This document shows positions 30,774-40,045 of a stretch of 64,000 bases of DNA, one piece after another; the first letter of the stretch is position 1; each line of letters opens with the position of its first letter. The notes below the pieces were generated by a model. That model worked only from the letters and a program-made list of their open reading frames with translations, searched no databases and was not told where the DNA came from. The position numbers were made by a program, and so were the translations under genes. Source of the stretch: Bacteroidota bacterium (GTDB lineage Bacteria > Bacteroidota > Bacteroidia > Bacteroidales > WCHB1-69); contig JBAXTE010000022.1 in the NCBI GenBank assembly GCA_037130365.1, positions 3,116 to 67,115 on the forward strand. The letters run 5' to 3'.

Positions 30774-31049
30774 TTACTTTTCCTGTTTGGAAACATTAAG
30801 AATTTTTTCTCCAAGCACCATCTCAATTTTAGCAATTGTATTAATTGTAAAGTTGTGTGTGCCGTGCATCCATTTGCTTACTTCTGCTTCGCTTTTATGC
30901 AACGATTTTGCTAAATCCCGTTGGGTTTTGTTTTGCTTCGCCAAAATTTCAGATATCCTGTCAGAAATTTCAAAAGACAAGTCAACTTCTCGTTTGATAT
31001 CTTCCGTAATCTCATTACGTATTTTTTCAATTAAAGAGTTTCTTTTCAT
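30774..31049 (-). CDS. Cro/C1-type HTH protein, probable antitoxin
   Basis: KTQRDLAKSLHKSEAEVSKWMHGTHNFTINTIAKIE. Confidence 0.85.
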   Translation of the reverse strand: MKRNSLIEKIRNEITEDIKREVDLSFEISDRISEILAKQNKTQRDLAKSLHKSEAEVSKWMHGTHNFTINTIAKIEMVLGEKILNVSKQEK

Positions 31050-31549
31050 TTGGTTATGTTGTTTTGTTTTATAACAAACGACAGATCACCAGTTATTGTT
31101 TTACCAATTATTGAGATGTTAGCCGTTTTCTTTTTTGTTTTTATATATTTATCTAAACTTGCCAGTATTGATACACAATCATTTAGTTTAGAATCTTCAT
31201 TATATGTCTTTTTGTTTTTTATTCCTCCACTTCCAATTATCAATATCTCATCAGAAATCCGTAGGCAATACAAGCGTAGTTTTGAAGTTTCAATTGGAAT
31301 AGCGCAAACTCCGTCATTCATTTTGCTTTCAGCCGTTCGGAAGTTCCGTTCTAAAGCTCCTCTAGTTGCAATTTTATCTATCCATGCAATTATAATTAAT
31401 AAATCTTTTTTGTATTTGGGTTGCTCAGCAAATTGATTAATGAATTTAATGAATTCATTTTCAGTTTCTCCATCGTATTGAATCGTATAGAAATTGACTT
31501 TCTCATGTTCTTCTAACAGTTCAATTGTTATTTTGTTTTCTGACTTCAC
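31046..31549 (-). CDS. Probable RelE/HigB-like toxin (toxin-first TA pair)
   Basis: GALERNFR...KLRLYCLRISDEILIIGSGGIK; 4-nt overlap with the HTH gene. Confidence 0.6.
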   Translation of the reverse strand: MKSENKITIELLEEHEKVNFYTIQYDGETENEFIKFINQFAEQPKYKKDLLIIIAWIDKIATRGALERNFRTAESKMNDGVCAIPIETSKLRLYCLRISDEILIIGSGGIKNKKTYNEDSKLNDCVSILASLDKYIKTKKKTANISIIGKTITGDLSFVIKQNNITK

Positions 31550-31566
31550 TTATAAGTTAAGTTTTG

Positions 31567-31574
31567 CAAATTTA
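31567..31574 (-). promoter_or_regulatory. TAAATTTG promoter element for the toxin-HTH-AlbA-hsdR unit
   Basis: TAnnTTTG consensus 17 nt upstream of the toxin start. Confidence 0.6.
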
Positions 31575-31726
31575 GGACTTATTTTTTATTAACCAAATAT
31601 TTCTGTATTAATTTTGTCAATTACTTTTAATTGAAGAATGTAAAAGTACAAATCATTGTTATTTTTATATAAGAATATTTCTTCTATTGCTGATTCAAAT
31701 GTTTGTTTTTCTTATATGAATTAATT

Positions 31727-32782
31727 CTAATATAAACTTGAATAAATATCATCTTTTGCCATTTCATCTACTAAAAAATCTACCCAATCATCAGTATATA
31801 GGTAATTTTCATTTGCCTCATCATAAATACAATAAGTCGGGTCTGTCATTTCAGGCTTTAATGCTCCTTTATTGGGTCTAATATTGTATTTTTTCCAACA
31901 TCTTGTATGGGTATCCATATTAAATTTCTCTTTTTCTTTCCCGTTTTTAATTATTTTGGGATTGCCTAAAGCTGCTTGAACTTTTTTAACTACATCGTTA
32001 GGTTTAATTTTATCCTTATTAGATACAGGGACTTGAATAAATTTATTTTTAACCAAAGCAGCAACTCTATTAACTCCGCTTTTTTGAATCTCATTTAATT
32101 TGTCATAAGGAACAAATTGAATTGGAAGTGAATTTTTTGATTGATGATTTGCAACTTGAATTAAGAATGCCTTGAAGGAATATTCGCCAGTATCTAATAT
32201 GTCAGCACTAATACTACTTCGATATGATTTAATAAAATCAACTATAGATTTTGTTGAAGGATTTTCAATTATCGCATTGTTTAAACTCTTTGAAGATGGA
32301 TATAATTGAAGGGCAAATGACAATGATTCCCTAATACAATATTTAACCCCAAATTCCTTTTCCATGATTTTGTCAAAATTTAGCAATAATGATTGACATT
32401 CGGCAAAAATATCTGAATCAATTTCAGGAATTGATTTATGTTCAATCATATTTCTAAGTGGTATAAAAAACTCCAAATTTTTTCGGATGGGATTATTTGT
32501 GTCTGACCCAAAATATTTGTTTAAGCATTCCTTCAATTCCCAATAATAATAGTCCCCATCTCGAATAACAAACCTACCATTACTTTCTTTGTGAAAGGGT
32601 TTTTTCTTTTGTTTAAAAAATATAGAATGAAACAAAGCAGTCCAAGCAATAGTCATTAGAACAATATACCCCCCAGATTTAAACTTGATAGCAGGTTTGT
32701 TATATGTTTCAACTGCAAGTAAAGCTGAGTCCTGAGACTTTTCAATACATTTCTTAACTGTTTTTGGTAATCCTTTGGGCAT
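31727..32782 (-). CDS. DUF3644 family protein, HEPN-like RNase
   Basis: SALLAVETYNKP...IVLMTIAWTALFH N-terminus; R-x4-H motif RNMIEH. Confidence 0.8.
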   Translation of the reverse strand: MPKGLPKTVKKCIEKSQDSALLAVETYNKPAIKFKSGGYIVLMTIAWTALFHSIFFKQKKKPFHKESNGRFVIRDGDYYYWELKECLNKYFGSDTNNPIRKNLEFFIPLRNMIEHKSIPEIDSDIFAECQSLLLNFDKIMEKEFGVKYCIRESLSFALQLYPSSKSLNNAIIENPSTKSIVDFIKSYRSSISADILDTGEYSFKAFLIQVANHQSKNSLPIQFVPYDKLNEIQKSGVNRVAALVKNKFIQVPVSNKDKIKPNDVVKKVQAALGNPKIIKNGKEKEKFNMDTHTRCWKKYNIRPNKGALKPEMTDPTYCIYDEANENYLYTDDWVDFLVDEMAKDDIYSSLY

Positions 32783-32794
32783 AAATCATAGTGT

Positions 32795-33106
32795 TTAAAT
32801 TTCTTTAGACTTTTTTATTTCATCTTCCAATTCTCTTATTTGCTTTCTTAGCGTTGTAATTTCTGGATTTGGAAATCTGTGATTTGGTCTTAACTTAATT
32901 GTTACCTTATGCGTATTTGTTGTTCCAGCACCAATTGTTCCATTGAAAATAACTACTTTGATCCCTCCACCAACTTTCTCAAATTCACTAACATTTATTT
33001 CAAGATTAACTTCGTCTATTTTATAATTCTTTTTGTTCTCGTAAAATTTACTTCTTGCTGTTTCAATTTCTTCAAGAGTATATCCAATTAATTCATTTAG
33101 TTCCAT
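32795..33106 (-). CDS. Trypco2-like small protein
   Basis: EVNLEINV...GGGIKVVIFNG.IG..NTHKVTIKLRP matches the Trypco2 pattern as recalled. Confidence 0.6.
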   Translation of the reverse strand: MELNELIGYTLEEIETARSKFYENKKNYKIDEVNLEINVSEFEKVGGGIKVVIFNGTIGAGTTNTHKVTIKLRPNHRFPNPEITTLRKQIRELEDEIKKSKEI

Positions 33107-33112
33107 AAAAAA

Positions 33113-34456
33113 TCAATATTTATTGTTATTATATCTAACATCTACTTTCCCCGTTACCACCTCACTGATTAATGCCGTTTTGTATTCTTTCAATAGGTCG
33201 ATTTCTTGTTGAGTGTTTGAAATGATTTCATTTATCTTTTGTGACTCAACTTTTATAAAATCATTAATATCTTTTTGTTCCTCAATAGATGGGTTTGGAC
33301 ATTTTAATTTTTTTAATATATCTTGGCTTACATTTGGTTGTCCACCACCTTTTGACAAATTAACAATATGTTCTTTATTAGATTTGAACCAGTTAAATAA
33401 AAATTCATCTGTTATTTGACTAGAACCATAAAAAACACAACAAGCTTGATTCATTGTTGTTTCGCATTTGACAATACTTGTTTTTCCAATTGTTGCTCCA
33501 TACATTGCTATAACAACAGACTCCGCTGGAAATAATTTTAGTGCAGAATAATCTTCAATAGCTTTTGGGGTTATTTTCTTAGAAGTTTGATAAAGATAGT
33601 CATCATTTAAATCCCCAGTGTTTAACCAATTAATTGTGCCATTCTCATGATAAATTGGGTTGCCCGATTCTGGAGTCGTTCCACTCCCAACAAGTTGATA
33701 TGCATGACCTAATTTCCAAACCTCCCAATGCTCCGGTATCTCCCCAAGCCATTCAATCCCCGAATCCTTCATTTTTACATTCGGGTTCAGCCCTTTAGTA
33801 ACGGCTTGGTTAATCATGGCGGTGCGTTCTTCGTGCAGCAACTCTATCAAACGTTGCTTCTTGCCAATTAGGTCGTCAATTTGGGTGGTTTTTTTGTCGA
33901 GGTAGTTGGCAATGGCGGTTTGTTCTTGAATTGGAGGCAACAATACTTTGTATTCACCACATGCTTCTTGAGAAATTCCGAAAAATGTAGTTCCAGTTTT
34001 AGTCAGCTCAACATGGTTATAGAAGTAATCTGTTTGTAGCTGATAATAAATAAATCTTGTATAATATTCATCTCTTAGCGGTCTAAACACCAATAAATGA
34101 CTATTTAAGGATGCTTTACCTGGCAAGTCATTAACAAAAAGTAATTTCCCAATTGTTCCATCTTTTGTCATTAGAACATCACCTTCTTTTAATTGAATTT
34201 CTGGGGCTTCATCATATCTTTCATTAGTAATATGATAAACTTCATCCCATCTTATTTTGCCATCTTTAAAATTCATTCCAGTTATTAAATATGGTAAATC
34301 TTTATTTTCTAAAAATTCAGATTGTTTTAAACCTTGCCATCCAATCCGACCTTTCATATATGAAACTCTTTTGAATTTATTCAAAGACCAATTAGAAGGT
34401 ATTTCATTTAAACAATTTGATTGTATCTTATTATATGAATCGTATTTTTTCATCAT
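33113..34456 (-). CDS. hsdS: Type I RM specificity subunit (two TRDs)
   Basis: PPIQEQTAIANYLD...AVTKGLNPNVKMKDSGIEWLGEIPEHW central repeat; PSIEEQ...ALISEVVTGKVDV; ATG at 34456. Confidence 0.95.
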   Translation of the reverse strand: MMKKYDSYNKIQSNCLNEIPSNWSLNKFKRVSYMKGRIGWQGLKQSEFLENKDLPYLITGMNFKDGKIRWDEVYHITNERYDEAPEIQLKEGDVLMTKDGTIGKLLFVNDLPGKASLNSHLLVFRPLRDEYYTRFIYYQLQTDYFYNHVELTKTGTTFFGISQEACGEYKVLLPPIQEQTAIANYLDKKTTQIDDLIGKKQRLIELLHEERTAMINQAVTKGLNPNVKMKDSGIEWLGEIPEHWEVWKLGHAYQLVGSGTTPESGNPIYHENGTINWLNTGDLNDDYLYQTSKKITPKAIEDYSALKLFPAESVVIAMYGATIGKTSIVKCETTMNQACCVFYGSSQITDEFLFNWFKSNKEHIVNLSKGGGQPNVSQDILKKLKCPNPSIEEQKDINDFIKVESQKINEIISNTQQEIDLLKEYKTALISEVVTGKVDVRYNNNKY

Positions 34457-34457
34457 T

Positions 34458-36176
34458 TTACCCAATCACTTCCTTTATTAATCCATCGGTTTCTTGTTCC
34501 AAAGCAAAAATATCAGCACGTATTTCTTCCAAACTGCGGAGTGGTTTATATTGGTAAAAGTATTTGGTAAAGTTAATTTCGTATCCAATATTGGTTTTGG
34601 TTTCATCTGCCCAAGCGTCATTCACGTGTGGCAACACTTCACGCTTAATGTAATCGTGTATGTTCTCTATCAATGGAATGTTTTCAGTATCACGTAAGCT
34701 GCAATCGGGTTTTGGTTTACCGTTTTTATCCTTCACAATTTCTCCTTTGGCATTGCGCTCTGGGCGTTCAATAGTTACTTTGGCATAACCAAACTCTTTG
34801 TTGTCAAATATCTTGCAGTATTCGTTGGCTTTAAATTCGCCATACATTTTGGTGATTTCTTCAATATGTTGTTCGCTTAGTTCATTACGTTTATCGCCCA
34901 GCGATTTACTCATTTTTTTGAAGAAATCTACCGCATTTATTAATTGAACTTTTCCTTTGCGTTGGTTGGGTTTGTTATTCGATATTATCCAAATATAGGT
35001 GCTAATGCCTGTATTGTAAAATAGCTGATTTGGCAATGCAATAATGGCTTCCAGTAAGTCGTTTTCGATAACCCATTGGCGAATACTGCTTTCGTTTTTT
35101 GTTTTACTAGGTGAACCCGAAAACAATGGCGAACCATTAAAAACTATTGCCAATCGAGAACCTTCCGATTTCATTTTGCTCATTAGTTGCATTAAAAACA
35201 AAAACGAACCATCGCTCATAGAGGGCAATCCAGCTCCAAAACGTCCACCATGCCCAAGTTGTTCGTGTTCTTCTTTTACTTTTTTACCAAACTTTTCCCA
35301 TTTAACGCCAAATGGTGGATTTGTAATTAAATAATCGAATTTCTGGTTACTTAATTGGTCTTCGGAAATACTATTTCCCTTTTTTATATTGGTTGGGTTT
35401 TGTCCTTTAATCATTAAATCCGACTTGCAAATGGCATAGGATTCTGGGTTGAGTTCTTGCCCGAATACTTCCAAACGTGCATCGGGATTGAGTTCGTTAA
35501 GATATTCTTCGGCTACCGATAACATTCCTCCTGTACCTGCACAGCAATCGTAAATGGTTTTTGTAATTCCTTTTTTGGTTAGAATTTCTCTATCGTTTAA
35601 AAATAATATGTTTACCATTAGCCTAATAACTTCTCTTGGAGTGAAGTGTTCTCCAGCGGTTTCGTTTGATATTTCGGCAAATTTACGAATCAACTCTTCA
35701 AACATATATCCCATTTCCATGCTTGAAATTTTATCGGGATGTAAGTCAACTTCCTGGAACCTTTTCACTATCATAAATAGCAAATTGGCTTCATCCAGTT
35801 TTGTAATTTGATTTTCAAATTCAAATTGTTCAATTACTTCACGAGCATCGTCAGAAAAGCCGTTTATGTAATTTCTGAGGTTGGCTGCTAAGTTATTTGG
35901 GTCAGCTATTAGCTTATTGAAATCGAATTTGCTACGATTGTGAAAGTTATATCCAGCCGCTTTATTCAAAATTGGGTCAAGGTTTTCGATATTCATCGCT
36001 TTTGCTTGCTCAAATTTAGCTAAAACAGTTTCTTTGGTGGGTTCTAGCACACAATCTAATCTGCGTAATACGGTAAGGGGTAAAACCACTTTTCCGTAAT
36101 CGCTTTGTTTATAATCACCCCTTAATAGGTCGGCAATTGACCAAATAAAGTTAGCAGATTCTTTTACGTTTTTCAT
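34458..36176 (-). CDS. hsdM: Type I RM m6A methyltransferase
   Basis: GEHFTPREVI, YDCCAGTGGML, NPPF motif IV; ATG at 36176; TACATTTG promoter at 36259-36266. Confidence 0.96.
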   Translation of the reverse strand: MKNVKESANFIWSIADLLRGDYKQSDYGKVVLPLTVLRRLDCVLEPTKETVLAKFEQAKAMNIENLDPILNKAAGYNFHNRSKFDFNKLIADPNNLAANLRNYINGFSDDAREVIEQFEFENQITKLDEANLLFMIVKRFQEVDLHPDKISSMEMGYMFEELIRKFAEISNETAGEHFTPREVIRLMVNILFLNDREILTKKGITKTIYDCCAGTGGMLSVAEEYLNELNPDARLEVFGQELNPESYAICKSDLMIKGQNPTNIKKGNSISEDQLSNQKFDYLITNPPFGVKWEKFGKKVKEEHEQLGHGGRFGAGLPSMSDGSFLFLMQLMSKMKSEGSRLAIVFNGSPLFSGSPSKTKNESSIRQWVIENDLLEAIIALPNQLFYNTGISTYIWIISNNKPNQRKGKVQLINAVDFFKKMSKSLGDKRNELSEQHIEEITKMYGEFKANEYCKIFDNKEFGYAKVTIERPERNAKGEIVKDKNGKPKPDCSLRDTENIPLIENIHDYIKREVLPHVNDAWADETKTNIGYEINFTKYFYQYKPLRSLEEIRADIFALEQETDGLIKEVIG

Positions 36177-36571
36177 ATCTAATTTGTATTCTTTTAGCTC
36201 TGGTGTCAATAGAGATGTGGCATTAACGTGTTCACATCTGATATTCATAATTAATGTACAAATGTAAGGAATAAAATAAATTATATACAGAAAATAATAA
36301 ATGAATTTCGAAACTGATAAAGTGTATTTTTAATGATGATTTCACTGAAGTCACGTAAACAAATATGGAATTGTTTTGATAATTGAGGATTTCAATAATG
36401 AAGGATTATTTTGGATAAAACTGTAATGAAAAACATATAGGTAATTCATTTAATATAATTGATTTAATAGCTAAATAAAGCGATTTGCGGAGCTTTCTTT
36501 GAGTTGAAAATGGGAACCTTGGGTTGTTGTGTTTTCAATTGCCTTAAATCAATTAATTCTCACATCTTCTA

Positions 36572-37054
36572 TTATTTCAAATTTGATCTAATAAACGTTT
36601 TATCAAGGATGTTAGACTGTTTCAAATGATATTTCATTAAGCCATTTTCATCGTAAATATCAGCAGAATCATACAAATCAATTTTGATTTTATTTTTCAT
36701 AAATGTTTCAATTATTTGAGTCCTAAATTCTTCTATAATTACACTATTAAATAAATTTATGTTTTTATCAATAATCAAATGAGCATGATAACCCATTCCT
36801 GATATTTTAGACTGATTAATTTTTGAAATTGATGGATCTACTTCAATATTACAGAGATATTTAATGTATTCGTGAGATTTGTTTATATTTTGTTTCTTAC
36901 AATAATCACCAATAGATTTTCGAATTATAAATTTCAATTGATTATAACTTTTTAAATTGGTTATAGGTGTAATTACTATATAATGTAAATCATCACTATT
37001 TTTTATTTTGTTGAATTGTTTAATATATTCATCTTTATATTCATTATTATTCAT
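36572..37054 (-). CDS. Small HUH-superfamily (rolling-circle Rep-like) protein
   Basis: Ordered motifs YIVITP (I), YHAHLII (II, HUH), KYHLKQ (III). Confidence 0.6.
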   Translation of the reverse strand: MNNNEYKDEYIKQFNKIKNSDDLHYIVITPITNLKSYNQLKFIIRKSIGDYCKKQNINKSHEYIKYLCNIEVDPSISKINQSKISGMGYHAHLIIDKNINLFNSVIIEEFRTQIIETFMKNKIKIDLYDSADIYDENGLMKYHLKQSNILDKTFIRSNLK

Positions 37055-37390
37055 TTTATTAATATTCTTTTTTTATATATAATAAACAACTAAAGAAAAC
37101 CCAAATGCTTTTCTTCTAACTAGTTGTTTTTCATAAAATTTCCGCTGTATTTTACTTAAAATTGGAAAGTTTTTAAGTGATGTAAGTTTTAATTGCAGAG
37201 TCCTCACAACTCAGTATTCCTTTAAATTTTCAATGCCAATATTTTATTCAAAATGCCTTATCTCTAATAATATTTTCTTAAAATTGATTTTGATGTTTAT
37301 CGCATTCTAAACTGTCTTTGTTTTTAATTTGTCTTTTCCTTTTGAAATTATTCATTGTTTTTGATTATTTTTTGAAATCTATTTCTAGAT

Positions 37391-37558
37391 TTATTTGCAA
37401 TCCAGTTCCTTGTCAATTAACTCTTTTAGTCCAATATATTCATTTTTTATTAAATTTTCTAAATAAGCCTTCATCGTCCTTCTGTCTGACTCAGAAAGCT
37501 TTCTAATCATAGACCTTGTTTCAAGTTTGACTACCACATACCGTTCATCTTTTTTCAT
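37391..37558 (-). CDS. 55-aa ribbon-helix-helix-like protein (below ORF-track cutoff)
   Basis: MKKDERYVVVKLETRSMIRKLSESDRRTMKAYLENLIKNEYIGLKELIDKELDCK: strand followed by two amphipathic helices. Confidence 0.5.
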   Translation of the reverse strand: MKKDERYVVVKLETRSMIRKLSESDRRTMKAYLENLIKNEYIGLKELIDKELDCK

Positions 37559-37978
37559 AGTTGTTTATTTTTTTTTGACTGAAAAATTCAGTTGAGTTAT
37601 TACAAAACCATATACATTTGTTTTTTCTTTAGAATATACTTTTGTAATTTGAATTGTATATATAAATTCCATGTAGGGCAAAAAAGACAAAAAGTTTAAT
37701 AATTTTTGATAGTGAGTAAAAAAAAAGCTAAACCCCAATTGGAATTTAACTTTTTTGTTTAGAAAAGGAATTATGGAACAATGTCCAAAGTGTTTTATTC
37801 ATCAAAAAAATAAAGGAAATTTGAATCTTTTATTTTGAGTTTATTACTGAAAGTAAATGGTTTGTTATTTTCAGAAAAATAAAACAAATATTATTAATAA
37901 AACATGATCTATTTACTGCTAGAAAATATTGGGAAGATCAAAAAACATTAACCTTTTTGATAAAATTCATATGTGAGA

Positions 37979-38119
37979 TTATCTATGACCACAAGTACGC
38001 TTAACATCCATTCCAACACCATTGTTCCCTGTTTTGATTGAATGCTTATGCCTTTTTTGAACACTGCATGATGATATTAAAATCACTAAAACTAATAATA
38101 TTAGGGTTTTTGCCTTCAT
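37979..38119 (-). CDS. 46-aa putative lipoprotein (below ORF-track cutoff)
   Basis: MKAKTLILLVLVILISSC lipoprotein signal, then SVQKRHKHSIKTGNNGVGMDVKRTCGHR. Confidence 0.55.
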   Translation of the reverse strand: MKAKTLILLVLVILISSCSVQKRHKHSIKTGNNGVGMDVKRTCGHR

Positions 38120-38149
38120 TTAGTTGTTCTATTTTACAATAATGTTTAT

Positions 38150-38223
38150 CGTATATTACTCTGTATAATTTCGGAATAAAACCAGTCACTCTGCTATTGT
38201 GTCAAACTGCTGCTATGTGAAGT
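38150..38223 (-). repeat. attC-like cassette repeat, copy A
   Basis: Minus strand cacatagcagcagtttgacacaatagcagagtg overlaps the stop of 38213..38659 and resembles copy E (gtttggcacaatagcaaggtgg). Confidence 0.5.
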
Positions 38224-38659
38224 ATTTTTGTTCGGTTTGTCTGTATATTTTATCTAATTTGTATAATGTTAAAAAATTGACTGACCAATATACTACAAAA
38301 GCAATAGTGCCAGTCAATGAAATCATAAAAAGTTCAATAAGTCCAAGACGTGTTTCCCCAAAAACTAATCCGAAAAGCAATCCAAAAAGAATACATTGAA
38401 TACCTGTTAATTGAATAAGTGTCAAACCCCAAACATTTCGATGTTTAGAAAATTTATTCCATAACGGAATTATCATAGTAAATTGAATTAGCAATGCAAG
38501 AATTGTCAAAGATGGAACAAACCAATTTAAAAAACCATTGTCTGGTAAAAAAAAAGCATCACCTTCATTTTTTATCAAATTAAATATTACCAGAAGCCCA
38601 AGAACTGTTAAAACACCAAATAATGTTGGTAATATTGTTTTAATCATTTTCGTTTTCAT
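38213..38659 (-). CDS. Hypothetical 4-TM membrane protein
   Basis: 148-aa ORF with four hydrophobic segments. Confidence 0.7.
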   Translation of the reverse strand: MKTKMIKTILPTLFGVLTVLGLLVIFNLIKNEGDAFFLPDNGFLNWFVPSLTILALLIQFTMIIPLWNKFSKHRNVWGLTLIQLTGIQCILFGLLFGLVFGETRLGLIELFMISLTGTIAFVVYWSVNFLTLYKLDKIYRQTEQKYFT

Positions 38660-38768
38660 ATTTTAACTAATTTAATTTTTTAAACGAAAATTATATTAAG
38701 ATATTTTTAAAAGCATTTAAAACTTTTGTTAAAAAATGATACTAGAATCTAACTTCAATAAGGAAAAA

Positions 38769-39665
38769 TTATAAATTTCTGATTGCTCCATTCAAATATT
38801 GATAAGTTTTTGCACCATTTTTTGTAATAAATGTAATTGGATTTCCATTTGATTTACTTATAACAATAGCATCATTAAAAGGCTCAATTGCCATAATTGA
38901 ATTCAAAGTAATCGTTGAGCTTTTTTCATTACTTTTAAAAAGAACTCTATTTGTTGTAATATTAATAACTCCTTTACCTCTTGATATTTTTTTAATTTCT
39001 TTTTCCATTCCAACATTGTAACTTCCTAAATTATAGCTCAATCCTTTTGCTATTTTAATCCTAACACTTGGTCCACCATAATTAATTCTTTTAGTTACTT
39101 GTCTTTGCTCTATAAGTTCAACATTTTCTTCTCGATATATGCATTGTTCATTTTTCTGCAAAATAAAATCTGAATTCAAGTTTGGAAATATTCCTTTGTC
39201 TAACTCCCAATTTGTTACGTAATATTCAAATTTATTCTTAATCTTTTCTGAAGTGTCATATTCACTTACTTTTAAATCCTTACTATATTCAATAATACTT
39301 TGAATTTCATCGGGATCTAAGGCATCATCATTATTGATTTTTTCAAAAATCATTGATTCAATCATGTCCTTATTAACTAAGGATAAAATTTCATCATTCG
39401 ATTCATTTGGAAACAAGTTTGAAAAAAAATCTAAATAGGAATTACCTAAAGTTTTAACATTTTCATAATTAATTTTCGTAGAATATCCTTGAATAATTCT
39501 TTTTTTAACAGCATTATAATCTTCATTATTAGACCATTCTTGTCTATTATTTATTAAATATTCTAAGTCTTTCTGATTGTCTGGAAAAGTACGAATTGCA
39601 TTGTTTAATTTGTTTATCAATTTTATGGCTTTTCCCCAGCCTTTAAACCAATTTATTATTCCCAT
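38769..39665 (-). CDS. Hypothetical protein: helical N-terminus with a TerB-like DDALDPDE motif and a PH-like beta C-terminus
   Basis: GVINITTNRVLFKS...TITLNSIMAIE pattern; ATG at 39665. Confidence 0.55.
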   Translation of the reverse strand: MGIINWFKGWGKAIKLINKLNNAIRTFPDNQKDLEYLINNRQEWSNNEDYNAVKKRIIQGYSTKINYENVKTLGNSYLDFFSNLFPNESNDEILSLVNKDMIESMIFEKINNDDALDPDEIQSIIEYSKDLKVSEYDTSEKIKNKFEYYVTNWELDKGIFPNLNSDFILQKNEQCIYREENVELIEQRQVTKRINYGGPSVRIKIAKGLSYNLGSYNVGMEKEIKKISRGKGVINITTNRVLFKSNEKSSTITLNSIMAIEPFNDAIVISKSNGNPITFITKNGAKTYQYLNGAIRNL

Positions 39666-39734
39666 AGTTTTATTTTTTAATAGTTTTTCAATATAATACG
39701 GGTATACAAAAATATACCACATAAGGTTTGTTTA

Positions 39735-39835
39735 ACTTATTGCTAAAGGATGCAAATTTGGGCAATAGTTTACAAAATAATACTTACATTTTAAATTTCC
39801 ACCAAAGTTAATTAATCTTGTTTAACATTCAAAAC
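39735..39835 (-). repeat. attC-like cassette repeat, copy B (degenerate)
   Basis: caccaaagttaattaatcttgtttaacattc (39800-39830) matches copy D at 25/31; minus-strand end tattgcccaaatttgcatcctttagc parallels tactgcacaaagtcgcctccgttata. Confidence 0.5.
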
Positions 39836-39930
39836 TTGTATAATACTTTAACATCAAATAGAATTTGTTTTTTTCTAAAATACAACTATTCGTTAAACAA
39901 TAAATTTTAGTTTTCAAATATCATATTTGG

Positions 39931-40045
39931 AGTTTTGTAGTTCAAAGATATATGTAATTTTTTAGAATTACATATATTAATTACTTTTGTTGAACTTTCA
40001 AAACCCGCCACAACACTCTTGCACTATGTCGTTGTTATTCAAAGG
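39931..40045 (-). repeat. attC-like cassette repeat, copy C
   Basis: Shares tttcaaaacccgccac with copy E; hairpin with perfect 12-bp arms atatatgtaatt/aattacatatat and outer arms agttttgtagttcaa/ttgaactttcaaaac; overlaps the stop of 39998..40855. Confidence 0.6.

Noticed and set aside
36290-36440. Plus-strand gene remnant upstream of hsdM
   Set aside because: Fragments under 30 codons with stops; cannot be assigned.
37060-37350. Gene between the RHH-like and HUH ORFs
   Set aside because: Only short coding-like fragments interrupted by stops; no identifiable product.
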